Shown here: piece by piece, positions 26,229-36,247 of the stretch | How positions within the stretch are numbered: position 1 is the first letter of the stretch | How the letters are laid out: every line of letters begins with the position of its first letter | NCBI GenBank assembly: GCA_019245575.1 | Contig: JAFARE010000029.1 | Location: 4,158-68,157, forward strand | DNA: 64,000 nt | Direction of reading: 5' to 3' | Source: Candidatus Dormiibacterota bacterium | Lineage (GTDB): Bacteria; Chloroflexota; Dormibacteria; Aeolococcales; Aeolococcaceae | Notes under the pieces: model-generated | The model's database searches: none | What the model was told of the DNA's origin: nothing | Seen by the model: the letters and a program-made list of their open reading frames with translations, nothing else | Made by a program: the position numbers and the translations under genes

Positions 26229-27503
26229 ATGACCCGAGGCTCTGGGGTGCGACGGCTGGGGCCGGCCGTGGCCGCCGGTTCGGCGGTGCTCGTGCTCGCT
26301 TCCTGCTCTGTCCCCACCGTGGTCGGCGGCGGCGCCCCGGCGCGCGCGACGCAGTCGCAGGCGCCCGCTGCTCCTCCGCATCTCACCGTGTCTCCGGGTT
26401 CGAACGGCCAGGGACTTCCCCTCGACACACCCGTGTACGTCGTGGCGGACTCCGGGCGGCTCACCGGCGTCAACTTCCAGGAGGCGGGAGTCGGCACCCC
26501 GTCCGGCGGACAGCTGTCACCCGACGGACACACGTGGCACATGGCGGACGGTCTCGACTCGTCCGCCAGCTACACGCTGACCGCAACGGCGTCGAACGGC
26601 GCGCAGACCGTGTCGTCGCATGTGAGCTTCACGACGCTGTCCGCCGGCGACCGGCTCGTCACCAATGTGTTCCCCGGCGACGGCAGCACCGTGGGTGTGG
26701 GCGAGCCCATCGACCTCACGTTCAACACATCGATCCCGGATGACCGCAAGGCCGCGCTGCTGAACCGCATCCAGGTCACATCGAACCCAGGTGTCATGGG
26801 CGCATGGCACTGGTTCTCCGACAGGCAGGTGCACTTCCGCCCGCAGAGCTACTGGCCCAGCGGCACGAAGGTGAACATCACGGCGAACCTCAAGGGATTC
26901 GACGCCGGCAACGGCACGTGGGGGCTCGGTGACTGGGCCCAGAGCTTCACCGTCGGCGCCAAGCACGTGTCGCTCATCGACGACACCACGCACCAGATGC
27001 AGGTGTACGACAACGACCAGCTGATCAACACCTGGCCCGTGAGCATGGGCAAGCCGGGCTTCCCCACGCTCGAGGGCACGCTCGTCGTGCTCTTCAAGGT
27101 CTACAAGGTGAAGATGAACTCGTGCTCCACCTTCGGCACCTCCGCGGCGTGCGTGCCGGGCGGCGCCAACTACTACGACGAGGACGTCTTCTACGACACG
27201 GCCATCTCCACGAACGGATTCTTCATCCATGCCGCGCCGTGGTCGGTGTACGCGCAGGGCTCCTACGACGTCTCTCACGGCTGCGTCAACCTGAGCACCG
27301 ACCGGGCGATCACGTTCTACAACTGGAGCCAGATCGGCGATGTGGTCGTCATCTCGCACACCGGCAACGTCGCCGACATCACCAACGGCGAGGCCGACTG
27401 GCAGATCCCCTTCAGCCAGTTCACCAACACGCCGGGTGACAGTCCCGTGTTCACCGGCAACGGCAGCGGTCCCACCGGCTCCGGCGTCACGCACACGTAC
27501 TGA
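26229..27503 (+). CDS. L,D-transpeptidase lipoprotein with Ig-like domains
   Basis: Lipobox LASC; TVGVGEPI, FIHAAPWS, SHGCVNL. Confidence 0.92.
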   Translation: MTRGSGVRRLGPAVAAGSAVLVLASCSVPTVVGGGAPARATQSQAPAAPPHLTVSPGSNGQGLPLDTPVYVVADSGRLTGVNFQEAGVGTPSGGQLSPDGHTWHMADGLDSSASYTLTATASNGAQTVSSHVSFTTLSAGDRLVTNVFPGDGSTVGVGEPIDLTFNTSIPDDRKAALLNRIQVTSNPGVMGAWHWFSDRQVHFRPQSYWPSGTKVNITANLKGFDAGNGTWGLGDWAQSFTVGAKHVSLIDDTTHQMQVYDNDQLINTWPVSMGKPGFPTLEGTLVVLFKVYKVKMNSCSTFGTSAACVPGGANYYDEDVFYDTAISTNGFFIHAAPWSVYAQGSYDVSHGCVNLSTDRAITFYNWSQIGDVVVISHTGNVADITNGEADWQIPFSQFTNTPGDSPVFTGNGSGPTGSGVTHTY

Positions 27504-27536
27504 GAACCGCCCCGCCGCTTGCGTAAGCTGGCGGCG

Positions 27537-28538
27537 ATGAAGGCCATCGTGGTCGAACGCGCCGGCGGCCCGGAGGCCATGCGCGTCGAGGACGTGCCCG
27601 ATCCGCAAACCGGACCCGGCGACGTGCTGATCCGCGTCGCGGGTGCGGGGGTGAACCGGGCTGACGTGCTGCAGCGCATGGGCTTCTACCCGCCGCCGCC
27701 GCCGGGCGCGCCGGATGTGCTCGGACTCGAGGTGTCGGGTGAGGTGGTCGCAGCGGGTGCCGACGTGCGCGGATGGCGGACCGGCGATCGCGTGATGGCG
27801 CTCATTGAAGGCGGTGGCTACGCGGAGCTGGCCCGCGCGCCGGCGGCGCAGGTGATGGCCGCGCCCGCGAACGTTGATCTTGTGACCGCTGCCGGGATCC
27901 CCGAGGTTTTCATCACGGCGCACGACGGCCTCTTCACGCGCGCCCGTCTCAGCGCCGGCGAAACCGTGCTGATCCACGGCGGCGCGGGCGGAGTGGGCAC
28001 CGCCGTCGTGCAGCTGGCGAAGCGCGCCGGCGCTCAAACGATCGTCACCGCAGGCTCCGCGGAGAAGCTGCAACGCTGCGCCGGACTCGGTGCGGATTGG
28101 GGCATCGACTATCGCAATGAGGACTTCGCCGCGCGGACTCTCGAGCTCACCGCCGGACGCGGCGCCGACGTCATCCTCGACCTCATGGGCGCCGCGTACC
28201 TCGAGCGCAACATGAGCGCGCTGGCGCGCGACGGCCGCCTGGTGATCATAGGGCTGCAGGGCGGCGTCTCGGCGGAGATCGACCTGCGCACACTCAGCGC
28301 CAAGCGCATCTCCGTCATCGGCACGCAGCTGCGGGCCCGGCCTGCCGAGCAGAAGGCGGCGATTGTCAGCGCGTTCACGGGGGACGCACTGCCGGGGTTC
28401 GACGACGGCGCGCTGAGCCCGGTCATACACCGCGTGCTGCCGCTTGCAGAGGCTGTCGAGGCACACCGCCTGCTGGAGAGCGGCGAGGTGATCGGCAAGG
28501 TCGTGTTGCGCGTGCAACCGGGCGAGAGCGCGCGTTGA
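27537..28538 (+). CDS. NAD(P)H-quinone oxidoreductase, PIG3 family
   Basis: AGVNRAD, LGLEVSG, IHGGAGGVG, GKVVL; TAAGCT -10 seven nt before ATG. Confidence 0.93.
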   Translation: MKAIVVERAGGPEAMRVEDVPDPQTGPGDVLIRVAGAGVNRADVLQRMGFYPPPPPGAPDVLGLEVSGEVVAAGADVRGWRTGDRVMALIEGGGYAELARAPAAQVMAAPANVDLVTAAGIPEVFITAHDGLFTRARLSAGETVLIHGGAGGVGTAVVQLAKRAGAQTIVTAGSAEKLQRCAGLGADWGIDYRNEDFAARTLELTAGRGADVILDLMGAAYLERNMSALARDGRLVIIGLQGGVSAEIDLRTLSAKRISVIGTQLRARPAEQKAAIVSAFTGDALPGFDDGALSPVIHRVLPLAEAVEAHRLLESGEVIGKVVLRVQPGESAR

Positions 28539-30118
28539 GCGAGCGCGCCGAGCTGCTGCGGCGCGGCTGGGATGCTGTCATCGTCGGCGCCGGGCACAAC
28601 GGCCTGACGTGCGCCGCATATCTGGCGCGAGCCGGGATGCGCGTGCTCGTGCTCGAGGCGCGCGACCGCATCGGCGGAGCGTGCACCTTGGAGCGGCCGT
28701 TCGATGACACCGGGTACGTGATCAGCCCGTGCGCCTACGTGGTCGGCCTCCTCCATCCGCTCGTCGTCGAGGAGCTCGCGCTGCGCAGCCACGGCTATGC
28801 AGTGCACCCCATCGACCCGCACCTCTGGTGTCCGTTCGACGACGGCTCATCGCTCACGCTGTGGGACGACTCAGCGCGAAACCGAGCCGAGGTGGCCGCC
28901 ATCTCGCCGCGCGATGTCGATGGATTCGCGCGCTATGAGCACCTCTTCGCGCGCATCCGCCAGGCGCTGCGCGCACCGGGTCACGACGTGTGGGTCGGAG
29001 ACGCTCCATCGCGCGCACAGCTCGAGTCACTGCTGGGCCACGACCCTGAGCTGATCGAGGTGCTGTTCCACGAGCCGATCGCGAGCGTGGTGGAGCGCCA
29101 CGTGCGCGATGAGCGGCTGCGCACGGCGCTGCACGGCCAGGGGCTCATCGGCACCTGGGCGGGACCGCGCGACGCGGGGACCGCGGCCATCCATGCGATG
29201 CACAGCATGGGAACGCTCGACGGGCGCGCCGGCGGATGGGGATTCGTCCACGGCGGCATGGGCAATATCTCCATGGCGCTGGCCGCCGCGGCGGAGGCGT
29301 CCGGCGCCGTCATCCTGCGCGGAACCCCCGTGGCCGCCATCGTGCCGGGCGATGGAGTGCAGCTGGACGACGGCACCCGAGTCCGCGCCACGCGCGTGGT
29401 CAGCAACGCGGATCCGCGGACCACGCTGGAGCTCTGCGGTCAGCACGCGGGCCAGGGCTTCCGCGAACGCGTCGACGGCTGGCGCATGCAGGGCCCGGTG
29501 ATCAAGGTGAACTGCGCCCTGTCGCGGTTGCCGCGCTTCACGGCAGCCCGTGACGACGTGGCGCCGCAGCAAGCGATGGTGACGATCGCGCGCAGCGTCG
29601 ACGCCACGCAGGCGGCGTTCGAGGCGAGCCGGCGAGGTGAGCCGGCGCCGCACTGGGCGGAGCTGTACTTCCACACCGCATACGACAGCAGCGTTGCGCC
29701 GCCCGGGCGCCATGTGATGAGCGTCTTCGCGCAATACGCGCCGTATGACCTGGCGCGCGGCTCGTGGGACGACATTCGCGAGCGCGTGGCCGACGCCGCG
29801 CTGGCGGAGGTGGCCCGCTTTGCGCCGGACGTGGCCGCATGCATCCTGAAGCGGCAGGTGCTGGCGCCGCCCGACATCGAGGCGCACGTGGGCCTCCGCG
29901 GCGGCCACATCTTCCAGGGCGAGTGCCTGCCCGAGCAGATGTGGGAGAAGCGCTTCACGCCCCGCACCGCCATGCCCGGCGTGTACATGTGCGGCGCCGC
30001 CACGCACCCGGGAGGCAGCGTCATCGCGGTCAACGGCCGCAACGCGGCGATGGCCCTGCTCGCCGACAACGCGAGCGGTCAGTCGATGACCGCGTCGGCC
30101 TCGATCTCGAGCAGGTAG
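28535..30118 (+). CDS. Phytoene-dehydrogenase-like FAD oxidoreductase
   Basis: IVGAGHNGL, LEARDRIGGA, GGHIFQGE, CGAATHPGG; TTG start overlapping the upstream stop. Confidence 0.9.
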   Translation: MSERAELLRRGWDAVIVGAGHNGLTCAAYLARAGMRVLVLEARDRIGGACTLERPFDDTGYVISPCAYVVGLLHPLVVEELALRSHGYAVHPIDPHLWCPFDDGSSLTLWDDSARNRAEVAAISPRDVDGFARYEHLFARIRQALRAPGHDVWVGDAPSRAQLESLLGHDPELIEVLFHEPIASVVERHVRDERLRTALHGQGLIGTWAGPRDAGTAAIHAMHSMGTLDGRAGGWGFVHGGMGNISMALAAAAEASGAVILRGTPVAAIVPGDGVQLDDGTRVRATRVVSNADPRTTLELCGQHAGQGFRERVDGWRMQGPVIKVNCALSRLPRFTAARDDVAPQQAMVTIARSVDATQAAFEASRRGEPAPHWAELYFHTAYDSSVAPPGRHVMSVFAQYAPYDLARGSWDDIRERVADAALAEVARFAPDVAACILKRQVLAPPDIEAHVGLRGGHIFQGECLPEQMWEKRFTPRTAMPGVYMCGAATHPGGSVIAVNGRNAAMALLADNASGQSMTASASISSR

Positions 30119-30462
30119 ACCGGGTCGACCAGCGCGGTCACCGCGACCAGCGATGTCGCGGGACGGATTGCGCCGAAGACCTCAGCGTGGGCGCGGGCGA
30201 CGTCGTCGAAGAAGGCGATGTCCGTGACGAACGTCCGGGTGCGCACGACATGCTCGGGGCGCGCTCCCACCTCGTCGAGCGCCGCCAGCACGATCTGCAG
30301 CGCCCGGCGCGCCTGCGCGTGGGCGCCGTCCGGCACGGAGCCGTCGGCGTTGCGGCCCACCGTTCCCGACACGTACGCATGCGCGCCCGCGCGAACCGCC
30401 CGCGAGTACCCGAAGCGCTTCTCCCACGGCGCCCCCGACGATGCGCGCTGCCGCGCCGTCAT
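30079..30462 (-). CDS. RidA/YjgF family protein
   Basis: WEKRFGYSRAVR, VVRTR, RPATS, EIEADA. Confidence 0.92.
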   Translation of the reverse strand: MTARQRASSGAPWEKRFGYSRAVRAGAHAYVSGTVGRNADGSVPDGAHAQARRALQIVLAALDEVGARPEHVVRTRTFVTDIAFFDDVARAHAEVFGAIRPATSLVAVTALVDPVYLLEIEADAVID

Positions 30463-30469
30463 CGCCGGC

Positions 30470-31966
30470 TCATGTGCCACGCACCCGCAGCGCGTTGCGG
30501 ATCAGGCTCATCTCCTCGGCATCGGCCGCACGCAGGGCGAACAGGATCACACCGTAGATGACGGCGGAGGCCACCACCACGAGGAACAGCGCGACGCGCC
30601 CATGCGGGTTCACCAGGTAGATGAAGACGCCCATGACGAGGCCGGCGACGATCGACTTCCAGCTCGAGCGCACCACGTTGATCGTGCCCAGCTGCGCGCG
30701 CAGCACGAACCATCCCACCACGACGAGTGCCGCCTCGGTGACCACGACCGCCCAGCTGGCGCCGATGTACCCGTAGCGCGGGATCACCACCAGGTTCACG
30801 CCGACGTTGACCACAAGGCCCACGACGGCGACCAGCGCGAACACCGTCTGCTTGTCGATGGCGTTGAGGGTCGCGGCGAAGGTGTTGTCCGCGAACATGA
30901 ACACGATGGCCAGCGCGAGGATCTGCAGCGCCGGCTCGCTGTTCGGATACAGGTTGAGCAGGTCATTGAACTGCGACGCGAGCAGGAACACGCCCACCGT
31001 CACCGGCCAGCCGAGCATCACCAGCGCCTTGAAGAACTTCTCCGACAGGAACAGCACGCGGTCCGGCGCCCGCCGGTGGTACAGCGAGAGCAGCGGAAAC
31101 ACCACGCCGCGCAGCGTGAAGGGTATGAACAGCAGCGACTCGAACGGCTTGTAGGCGAAGGTGTACCAGCCCACTTCCGCATAGGGACGGAAGCGCTGCA
31201 GGATGGGCACGTCCACCTTGAAATACACGGTCGTGATGATGAAGGTGATGCCCAGCGGGATGGCCCCGCGCAGCCAGGGCCGCAGCAGCTTCGTCTCCAC
31301 GCGCCAGCGCGGGCGCAGCACACCCTTGGCGGCCAGCACGATCCCGAAGTACACGCACGCCAGCGCGTAGCTCGCCGCGTACGCCCAGAGGTAGTAGCCG
31401 GAGTCGGCGCCGCGGCGCGCGCCGAGCACGACCAGCAGCAGCACGATGGCCGTCTCGGGAACGATCTCGATGATCTCGAACGTCAGCTGCTGCATCGCGT
31501 ACAGGGAGTTGCGCAGCAGCAACTGGTAGCCGGACAGCACGAGGATTGCGAACGACGGGAGCAGCAGCGTGCGCAGCCCGGCGAGGTAGAGCAGGCCGAA
31601 CAGCATTGGCAGCCCCACAACGCTGAGCACGACCTTGGAGGACGCCACGTTGTTGAAGAAGCGGGCGATGGAGTTCGTGTCGCGCGCTCCCTCGCGGACG
31701 TAGAGCGCCGAGAAGCCGAGGTCGGTGAAGACGCCGACGAGGTTGACGTAGGTGACGGCCGTCTGCATCTCGCCGAAGTGCGTGTCGCCCAGCGAGTTGC
31801 CCATGATGATCACGGCGACCAGCGCGATCACGCGCGATATCACCCGAGCCACGAGGATCAGCAGGGTGTTGCGCAGCGCGCGCATCCCCAGGCCGGAGGG
31901 GCGCGAGACCTCGGTGCCGCCGCCGTCGGGGGCCGCGGGCGCGGGCGTCCGCGGCGGTGAGCTCAT
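30470..31966 (-). CDS. Polysaccharide flippase (Wzx/MOP family)
   Basis: RNTLLIL, DLGFS, KVDVPIL, VGWY, IPRYGYIGASWA; many TM segments. Confidence 0.88.
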   Translation of the reverse strand: MSSPPRTPAPAAPDGGGTEVSRPSGLGMRALRNTLLILVARVISRVIALVAVIIMGNSLGDTHFGEMQTAVTYVNLVGVFTDLGFSALYVREGARDTNSIARFFNNVASSKVVLSVVGLPMLFGLLYLAGLRTLLLPSFAILVLSGYQLLLRNSLYAMQQLTFEIIEIVPETAIVLLLVVLGARRGADSGYYLWAYAASYALACVYFGIVLAAKGVLRPRWRVETKLLRPWLRGAIPLGITFIITTVYFKVDVPILQRFRPYAEVGWYTFAYKPFESLLFIPFTLRGVVFPLLSLYHRRAPDRVLFLSEKFFKALVMLGWPVTVGVFLLASQFNDLLNLYPNSEPALQILALAIVFMFADNTFAATLNAIDKQTVFALVAVVGLVVNVGVNLVVIPRYGYIGASWAVVVTEAALVVVGWFVLRAQLGTINVVRSSWKSIVAGLVMGVFIYLVNPHGRVALFLVVVASAVIYGVILFALRAADAEEMSLIRNALRVRGT

Positions 31967-31968
31967 GG

Positions 31969-32739
31969 TCAGAGGTTGTAACGCGGCGCAGCCTGAAGAT
32001 GTGTCGGTTCGCCGTCGAGCTCCAGCGCCAGCCGCGCGGCGAGGGCGGCGGTCCCGCACAGGTCGAGGCGGTTGTGCTCGACCACGCCGGCGAGCACGTC
32101 CGGGGGCGCGCCGCGGAGCCAGGCGCGGTACCGGCCCGGCCCCTCGAGCCCGGGGACGTCTGCCTCCCGCGAGTAGCGCAGCAGCCGCAGCTCCGCCTGG
32201 CGCAGGGTGCAGCTGCGCAGCTGATCGCGGAACAGCCTCCGCGTCGACGCCAGCAGGTCCAGGTGCGCCCGGGGCTCCACCGACGCCGGATGGATGCCGT
32301 TGGCCACGCAGCGCGAGCCGAGGATCCGCATGTCGAACGCCCGCCCGTTGTAGGTGAGGAGGAACGAGCCCTGCACCCGGGTGGCCACCGCGAGCAGCAG
32401 CGCTGCCTCGGCGGCCAGGTCGGCGAGCAGGAACTGCTCGACCTCCAGGGCCAGGCCGTTCACCGTGCCGACCCCGACGAGGAACGCGGCGAGGTGACCG
32501 GACGCGACCGAGACGGCCTCGATGTCGAGCACCCGCACGGGGCCGGCGCTCCGGCGCTCACCGGCCAGGCGCGCGTCCAGGAGCGCCAGCCGCTCGCCGG
32601 CGGGCATCGTCCAGAGGCCGGCGGGCTCCAGGAACTCGGCCAGGTCGGTGGTCACGGAGCGGCGATGGAAGTCGCCCCATGGGCCAGGCTCGGCGGCGAA
32701 GCCGAGCTCCCCGGCGCGGACGGCGGCGGCACATCGCAT
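31969..32739 (-). CDS. RNase H-like/DEDD exonuclease, YprB/MrfB family
   Basis: LDIE, TYNGRAFD, HLDLL, HNRLD; start chosen from the TATGCT -10 seven nt upstream. Confidence 0.82.
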   Translation of the reverse strand: MRCAAAVRAGELGFAAEPGPWGDFHRRSVTTDLAEFLEPAGLWTMPAGERLALLDARLAGERRSAGPVRVLDIEAVSVASGHLAAFLVGVGTVNGLALEVEQFLLADLAAEAALLLAVATRVQGSFLLTYNGRAFDMRILGSRCVANGIHPASVEPRAHLDLLASTRRLFRDQLRSCTLRQAELRLLRYSREADVPGLEGPGRYRAWLRGAPPDVLAGVVEHNRLDLCGTAALAARLALELDGEPTHLQAAPRYNL

Positions 32740-32753
32740 GCCCGCCAGCATAG

Positions 32754-32767
32754 CGAACCTTTGTTCG
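32754..32767. promoter_or_regulatory. LexA (SOS) box CGAAC-N4-GTTCG
   Basis: CGAACCTTTGTTCG next to the -10 (32747-32752) of the YprB-like gene. Confidence 0.8.
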
Positions 32768-32810
32768 CCCGGACGAGGCTGCGACGCACTCGCCGAATAC
32801 ACTCCCACGC

Positions 32811-34532
32811 ATGGCCGATCTCCTCGAGGCAGTCTCCGCCGAGGCCGCCGGCGCGTCGCCGCACGGCGCCCGCCTGCTGGCCCTCGCGCTTCGCGAGCAG
32901 GGGGTCACCACGCTGTTCACCCTGCCCGGCGGGCACATCCTCCAGCTGCTCGACGCCTGCCGCGACGAGGAGATCCGGGTCATCGACACGCGCCACGAGG
33001 GCGCAGCCGTGCTCGCCGCCGAGGGCTGGGCCCTCGCCACGGGCGAGCCGGGCGTCGCGGCGGTGACCGCAGGCCCGGGGTTCGCCAACGGCCTGGTGGG
33101 CCTGCTCGACGCGTCGGCCTGGAGCGTGCCCCTGCTGATGATCGCGGGCCGCACCGGCTACTCCCGCCAGGGGCGGGGCGCCGTGATGGACGTCGACCAG
33201 CGAGCCATCGCCGCGCCTGCGGCCAAGTGGGCGGCGACCTGCTACGAGGCGGGCCGGGCCGGACAGTACGCGGCGCAGGCCCTCCACGTGGCCCGCTCGG
33301 GGTGCCCGGGCGGCGCGTACCTCGAGGTGCCGTGGGACGTGATGCGGACGGCGCCGGCTCCGCTGGACGTCACCCCGGGCGGGTACCCCGACCAGCCAGC
33401 TCGCCCGGCGGCCGCGCCCGCTGACATCGGCGCCGCGCTCGCCGCCCTGGCGCGGGCACGGCGGCCGCTGATCGTCGCCGGCAGCGGCGCCTTCTGGTCC
33501 GGCGCCGGCGAGGAGATCGCCGCCTTTGCCGAGGAGGCCTCGATCCCTGTGATCACGGCCAGCGCCGCCCGTGGCGTGGTCGCCGATTCCCACCCATGGT
33601 CGCTGGGCTCGCTGGTCCATGGCGGCGTGGCGCTGCCCAGCGCGGACTGCGTGCTCCTGCTCGGCTCCGCCTTCAACGCCAACGTGCTGTACGGGGCTCC
33701 TCCCCTCTTCGGCGCCGAGCAGACTGTGATCCAGGTCGATGTCGCCGCCGAGCGGATCGGGGGCAACCGTCTGCCCGAGGTGCCCGTCGTGGGTGACGTG
33801 GCCCAGGTGGTGCGCGACCTGCGCGCCGCCTGGCGCGGTGGGAGCAGCGAGGGAGCGGCCTGGCTGGAGCAGGCGCGCGGCCTTGTCCGGGCGTCGCTCG
33901 GCTTCTGGGACCAGCAGATCGACGGCCACTCCGGCTCGCAGCTGCACGCGGGCCGGGTGGCGCGCGAGACCGCCGCGTACGTGCGCGAGCGGTTCGGCGG
34001 CGACATCACCCTGGTGGCCGACGGCGGCGACGCTCTCGCGTGGGCGCTCGGCTACTTCCCCGCCGAACGGCCGGGCAGCCTGCTCACCACCACGACCGCC
34101 CTCGGCACTCTGGGCGTGGGCATGCCCTTCGCCCTGGCTTCCGGCGCCGCCCACCCCGGCACGCCCACGCTGCTCTTCACCGGCGACGGCTCCTTCGGCC
34201 TCACCGCGATGGAGGTGGACACGGCCGTGCGCCACGGGCTGCCCATCGTCGTCGTGGTGTCGAACAACGCCGGATGGGGCGACGTGCGCCACGAGCAGGA
34301 CGCGTTCTTCGGCCCCGGCCGCCATGTGGCCAGCGAGCTCGCCGCCACCCGGTACGACAAGCTCGGGGAGGCGCTCGGCGCCGTCGGCGAGCACGTGGAC
34401 CGCATCGAGGAGCTGCGGCCGGCGCTCGACCGCGCCTTCGACAGCGGCCGGTGCACCGTGATCGACGTCACCACCGACCCCACGGTGCTGGCCGAGCTGC
34501 TGCGCATCATGGGCTCGGCGGGCCTCATGTAG
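32811..34532 (+). CDS. Thiamine-pyrophosphate enzyme (acetolactate synthase/2-hydroxyacyl-CoA lyase-like)
   Basis: RHEGAA, TAGPG, GDGSFG...NNAGWG TPP motif; TACACT -10. Confidence 0.92.
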   Translation: MADLLEAVSAEAAGASPHGARLLALALREQGVTTLFTLPGGHILQLLDACRDEEIRVIDTRHEGAAVLAAEGWALATGEPGVAAVTAGPGFANGLVGLLDASAWSVPLLMIAGRTGYSRQGRGAVMDVDQRAIAAPAAKWAATCYEAGRAGQYAAQALHVARSGCPGGAYLEVPWDVMRTAPAPLDVTPGGYPDQPARPAAAPADIGAALAALARARRPLIVAGSGAFWSGAGEEIAAFAEEASIPVITASAARGVVADSHPWSLGSLVHGGVALPSADCVLLLGSAFNANVLYGAPPLFGAEQTVIQVDVAAERIGGNRLPEVPVVGDVAQVVRDLRAAWRGGSSEGAAWLEQARGLVRASLGFWDQQIDGHSGSQLHAGRVARETAAYVRERFGGDITLVADGGDALAWALGYFPAERPGSLLTTTTALGTLGVGMPFALASGAAHPGTPTLLFTGDGSFGLTAMEVDTAVRHGLPIVVVVSNNAGWGDVRHEQDAFFGPGRHVASELAATRYDKLGEALGAVGEHVDRIEELRPALDRAFDSGRCTVIDVTTDPTVLAELLRIMGSAGLM

Positions 34533-35525
34533 ATGCGCGCCGTCGAGCTGCTCGACGCGCACCGGCTCGAGGTCGTCGAGCTCCCCGACCCCGAGCCCGG
34601 CGAGGGCGAGGTCGTGGTCCGGGTCGACGGCTGCGGCATCTGCGGCTCCGACCTGAGCTCGTACAAGGTGGGCCTGTTCACCGACGCGGTGCCGGGCCAC
34701 GAGTTCTCGGGGACGGTCGAGGCCCTGGGCGCGGGCGTGAGCGGCTGGCAGACAGGCGACCCGACGGTGGTCGATCCCAAGATGCCCTGCGGCGCCTGCG
34801 AGGATTGCCGGGCGGGCGCCGCGTGGCGCTGCTCCGTCGCCCTCACCGCGGGGCTGGGCTTCGCCCGCAACGGCGGCTTCGCCGAGCGCGTGCTGGCGCC
34901 GGCGCACCTGCTGCACCGCCTGCCGGAGCAGCTCTCCCTGCGCGACGCCTGCCTGGTGGAGCCTCTGTCCATCGCGATCCACGGGGTGGAGCGCACCCGC
35001 CTCGACGGCGGGGCTGCGGTGGTGATCGGGCTCGGGCCGATCGGGCTCTTCACCGTGGCCGTGCTCCGCGCCCGCGGCGTGGAGCCGATCATCTGCGTCG
35101 ACCCCGTGCCCGACCGCCGCCGTCTGGCGCTCGACCTCGGCGCCGCCACATCCCTGGAGGAGGCCACCGAGGTGCGCCGGACCGTCGCTCCGGCGCCCAA
35201 CGTGTTCGAGTGCTCCGGCTACGCGCCGGTCCTGCACACCGCCGCCGACCTCGTCGCCCCGGGCGGCACGATGGTGATGCTCGGCGTCCCCTTCGGCGAA
35301 GCCCAGGTGGCGCCGCTGATGTGGGTGACCCGCGAGATCACGATCGTCGGCAGCATCGCCTCGAGCGAGCAGGACTTCCGCGACTCCATCGCGATGCTGG
35401 CCGCCGACCCGTCGCTGGCTCGCATCGTCACGCGACGCATCGGCCTCGCCGACGTGCCCGCCTCTTTCGAGGAGCTCATCCACCCGACCGAGGGCGGAAA
35501 GGTGGTCGTCGATCCGTCCCTGTGA
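34533..35525 (+). CDS. Zinc-dependent alcohol dehydrogenase
   Basis: GICGSD, GHE, CGACEDC...C, GLGPIG. Confidence 0.93.
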   Translation: MRAVELLDAHRLEVVELPDPEPGEGEVVVRVDGCGICGSDLSSYKVGLFTDAVPGHEFSGTVEALGAGVSGWQTGDPTVVDPKMPCGACEDCRAGAAWRCSVALTAGLGFARNGGFAERVLAPAHLLHRLPEQLSLRDACLVEPLSIAIHGVERTRLDGGAAVVIGLGPIGLFTVAVLRARGVEPIICVDPVPDRRRLALDLGAATSLEEATEVRRTVAPAPNVFECSGYAPVLHTAADLVAPGGTMVMLGVPFGEAQVAPLMWVTREITIVGSIASSEQDFRDSIAMLAADPSLARIVTRRIGLADVPASFEELIHPTEGGKVVVDPSL

Positions 35526-35605
35526 TGGCGGGGCGGCAGCGCCGCTCCGACAGCGACTCCCGAGACCCACTGCCCCACCCGCCCTCTACGGAGTGGCGAG
35601 GAGCA

Positions 35606-36247
35606 TCACTCCGGCATCACAGTGTCGGTGGCTCTCCAGCAATACCAAGCTGCCGCCGAGCGGTAGGGGCGGAAGGGCTCCCCGAAGGCGGCCAGCTCCC
35701 TGGGCCGGGGCAGGTCGTCGAGACGATGCAGCTTGCGCCAGCCGTTGCGGACGCCGAAGTCATCCACGGGCCAGATGTCGGGCCGCCGCAGCTCGAAGAT
35801 CAGGAACATCTCGGCGGTCCAGCGGCCCACGCCGCGCACCTGCACCAGGCGGGCCACGATCTCGTCGTCACCGAGCCCGTCGAAGTCGTGGGTGGGGATC
35901 GTCCCGTCGGCGAACTTCGTGGCCAGGTCCACCACAGCCGCCTGCTTCGCAGCCGACAGCCCCGCGGCGCGCAGCCGCTCGTGCGAGAGGGCCAGGAGCG
36001 CCTCGGGCGAGGGGATCCCGCCGTCGAACAACGCGACCACCCGGTTCAGGATGGCCGTCGCCGCCTTGCCGGCCAGCTGCTGGAAGACGATGGCCCGCAG
36101 CAGCGCGTGGAAAGGGTCGCCGGCCGGGTCGCGCAGCGCCACCGGGCCCAGCGCGTCGACGATCGGGCCGAATGCCGGGTCCGCCGCCAGGATGTGCGCG
36201 GCGACGGGGTCTGCCCGCCGGCGCGACGGGCGTTTCGCGGTGGTCAC
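35606..36247 (-). CDS. alkA: DNA-3-methyladenine glycosylase II (HhH-GPD)
   Basis: IVFQQL, VRGVGRWTAEMFL, WPVDD, RPYRS; GTGA overlap with the upstream gene. Confidence 0.9.
   Translation of the reverse strand: MTTAKRPSRRRADPVAAHILAADPAFGPIVDALGPVALRDPAGDPFHALLRAIVFQQLAGKAATAILNRVVALFDGGIPSPEALLALSHERLRAAGLSAAKQAAVVDLATKFADGTIPTHDFDGLGDDEIVARLVQVRGVGRWTAEMFLIFELRRPDIWPVDDFGVRNGWRKLHRLDDLPRPRELAAFGEPFRPYRSAAAWYCWRATDTVMPE

Noticed and set aside
28535..30118. Carotenoid biosynthesis gene crtI
   Set aside because: No other crt genes are nearby; the motifs fit the broad phytoene-dehydrogenase-like oxidoreductase family.
32652..35570. 972-aa minus-strand ORF
   Set aside because: Antisense shadow of the TPP enzyme and ADH genes, with no recognisable motifs; expected at this GC content.
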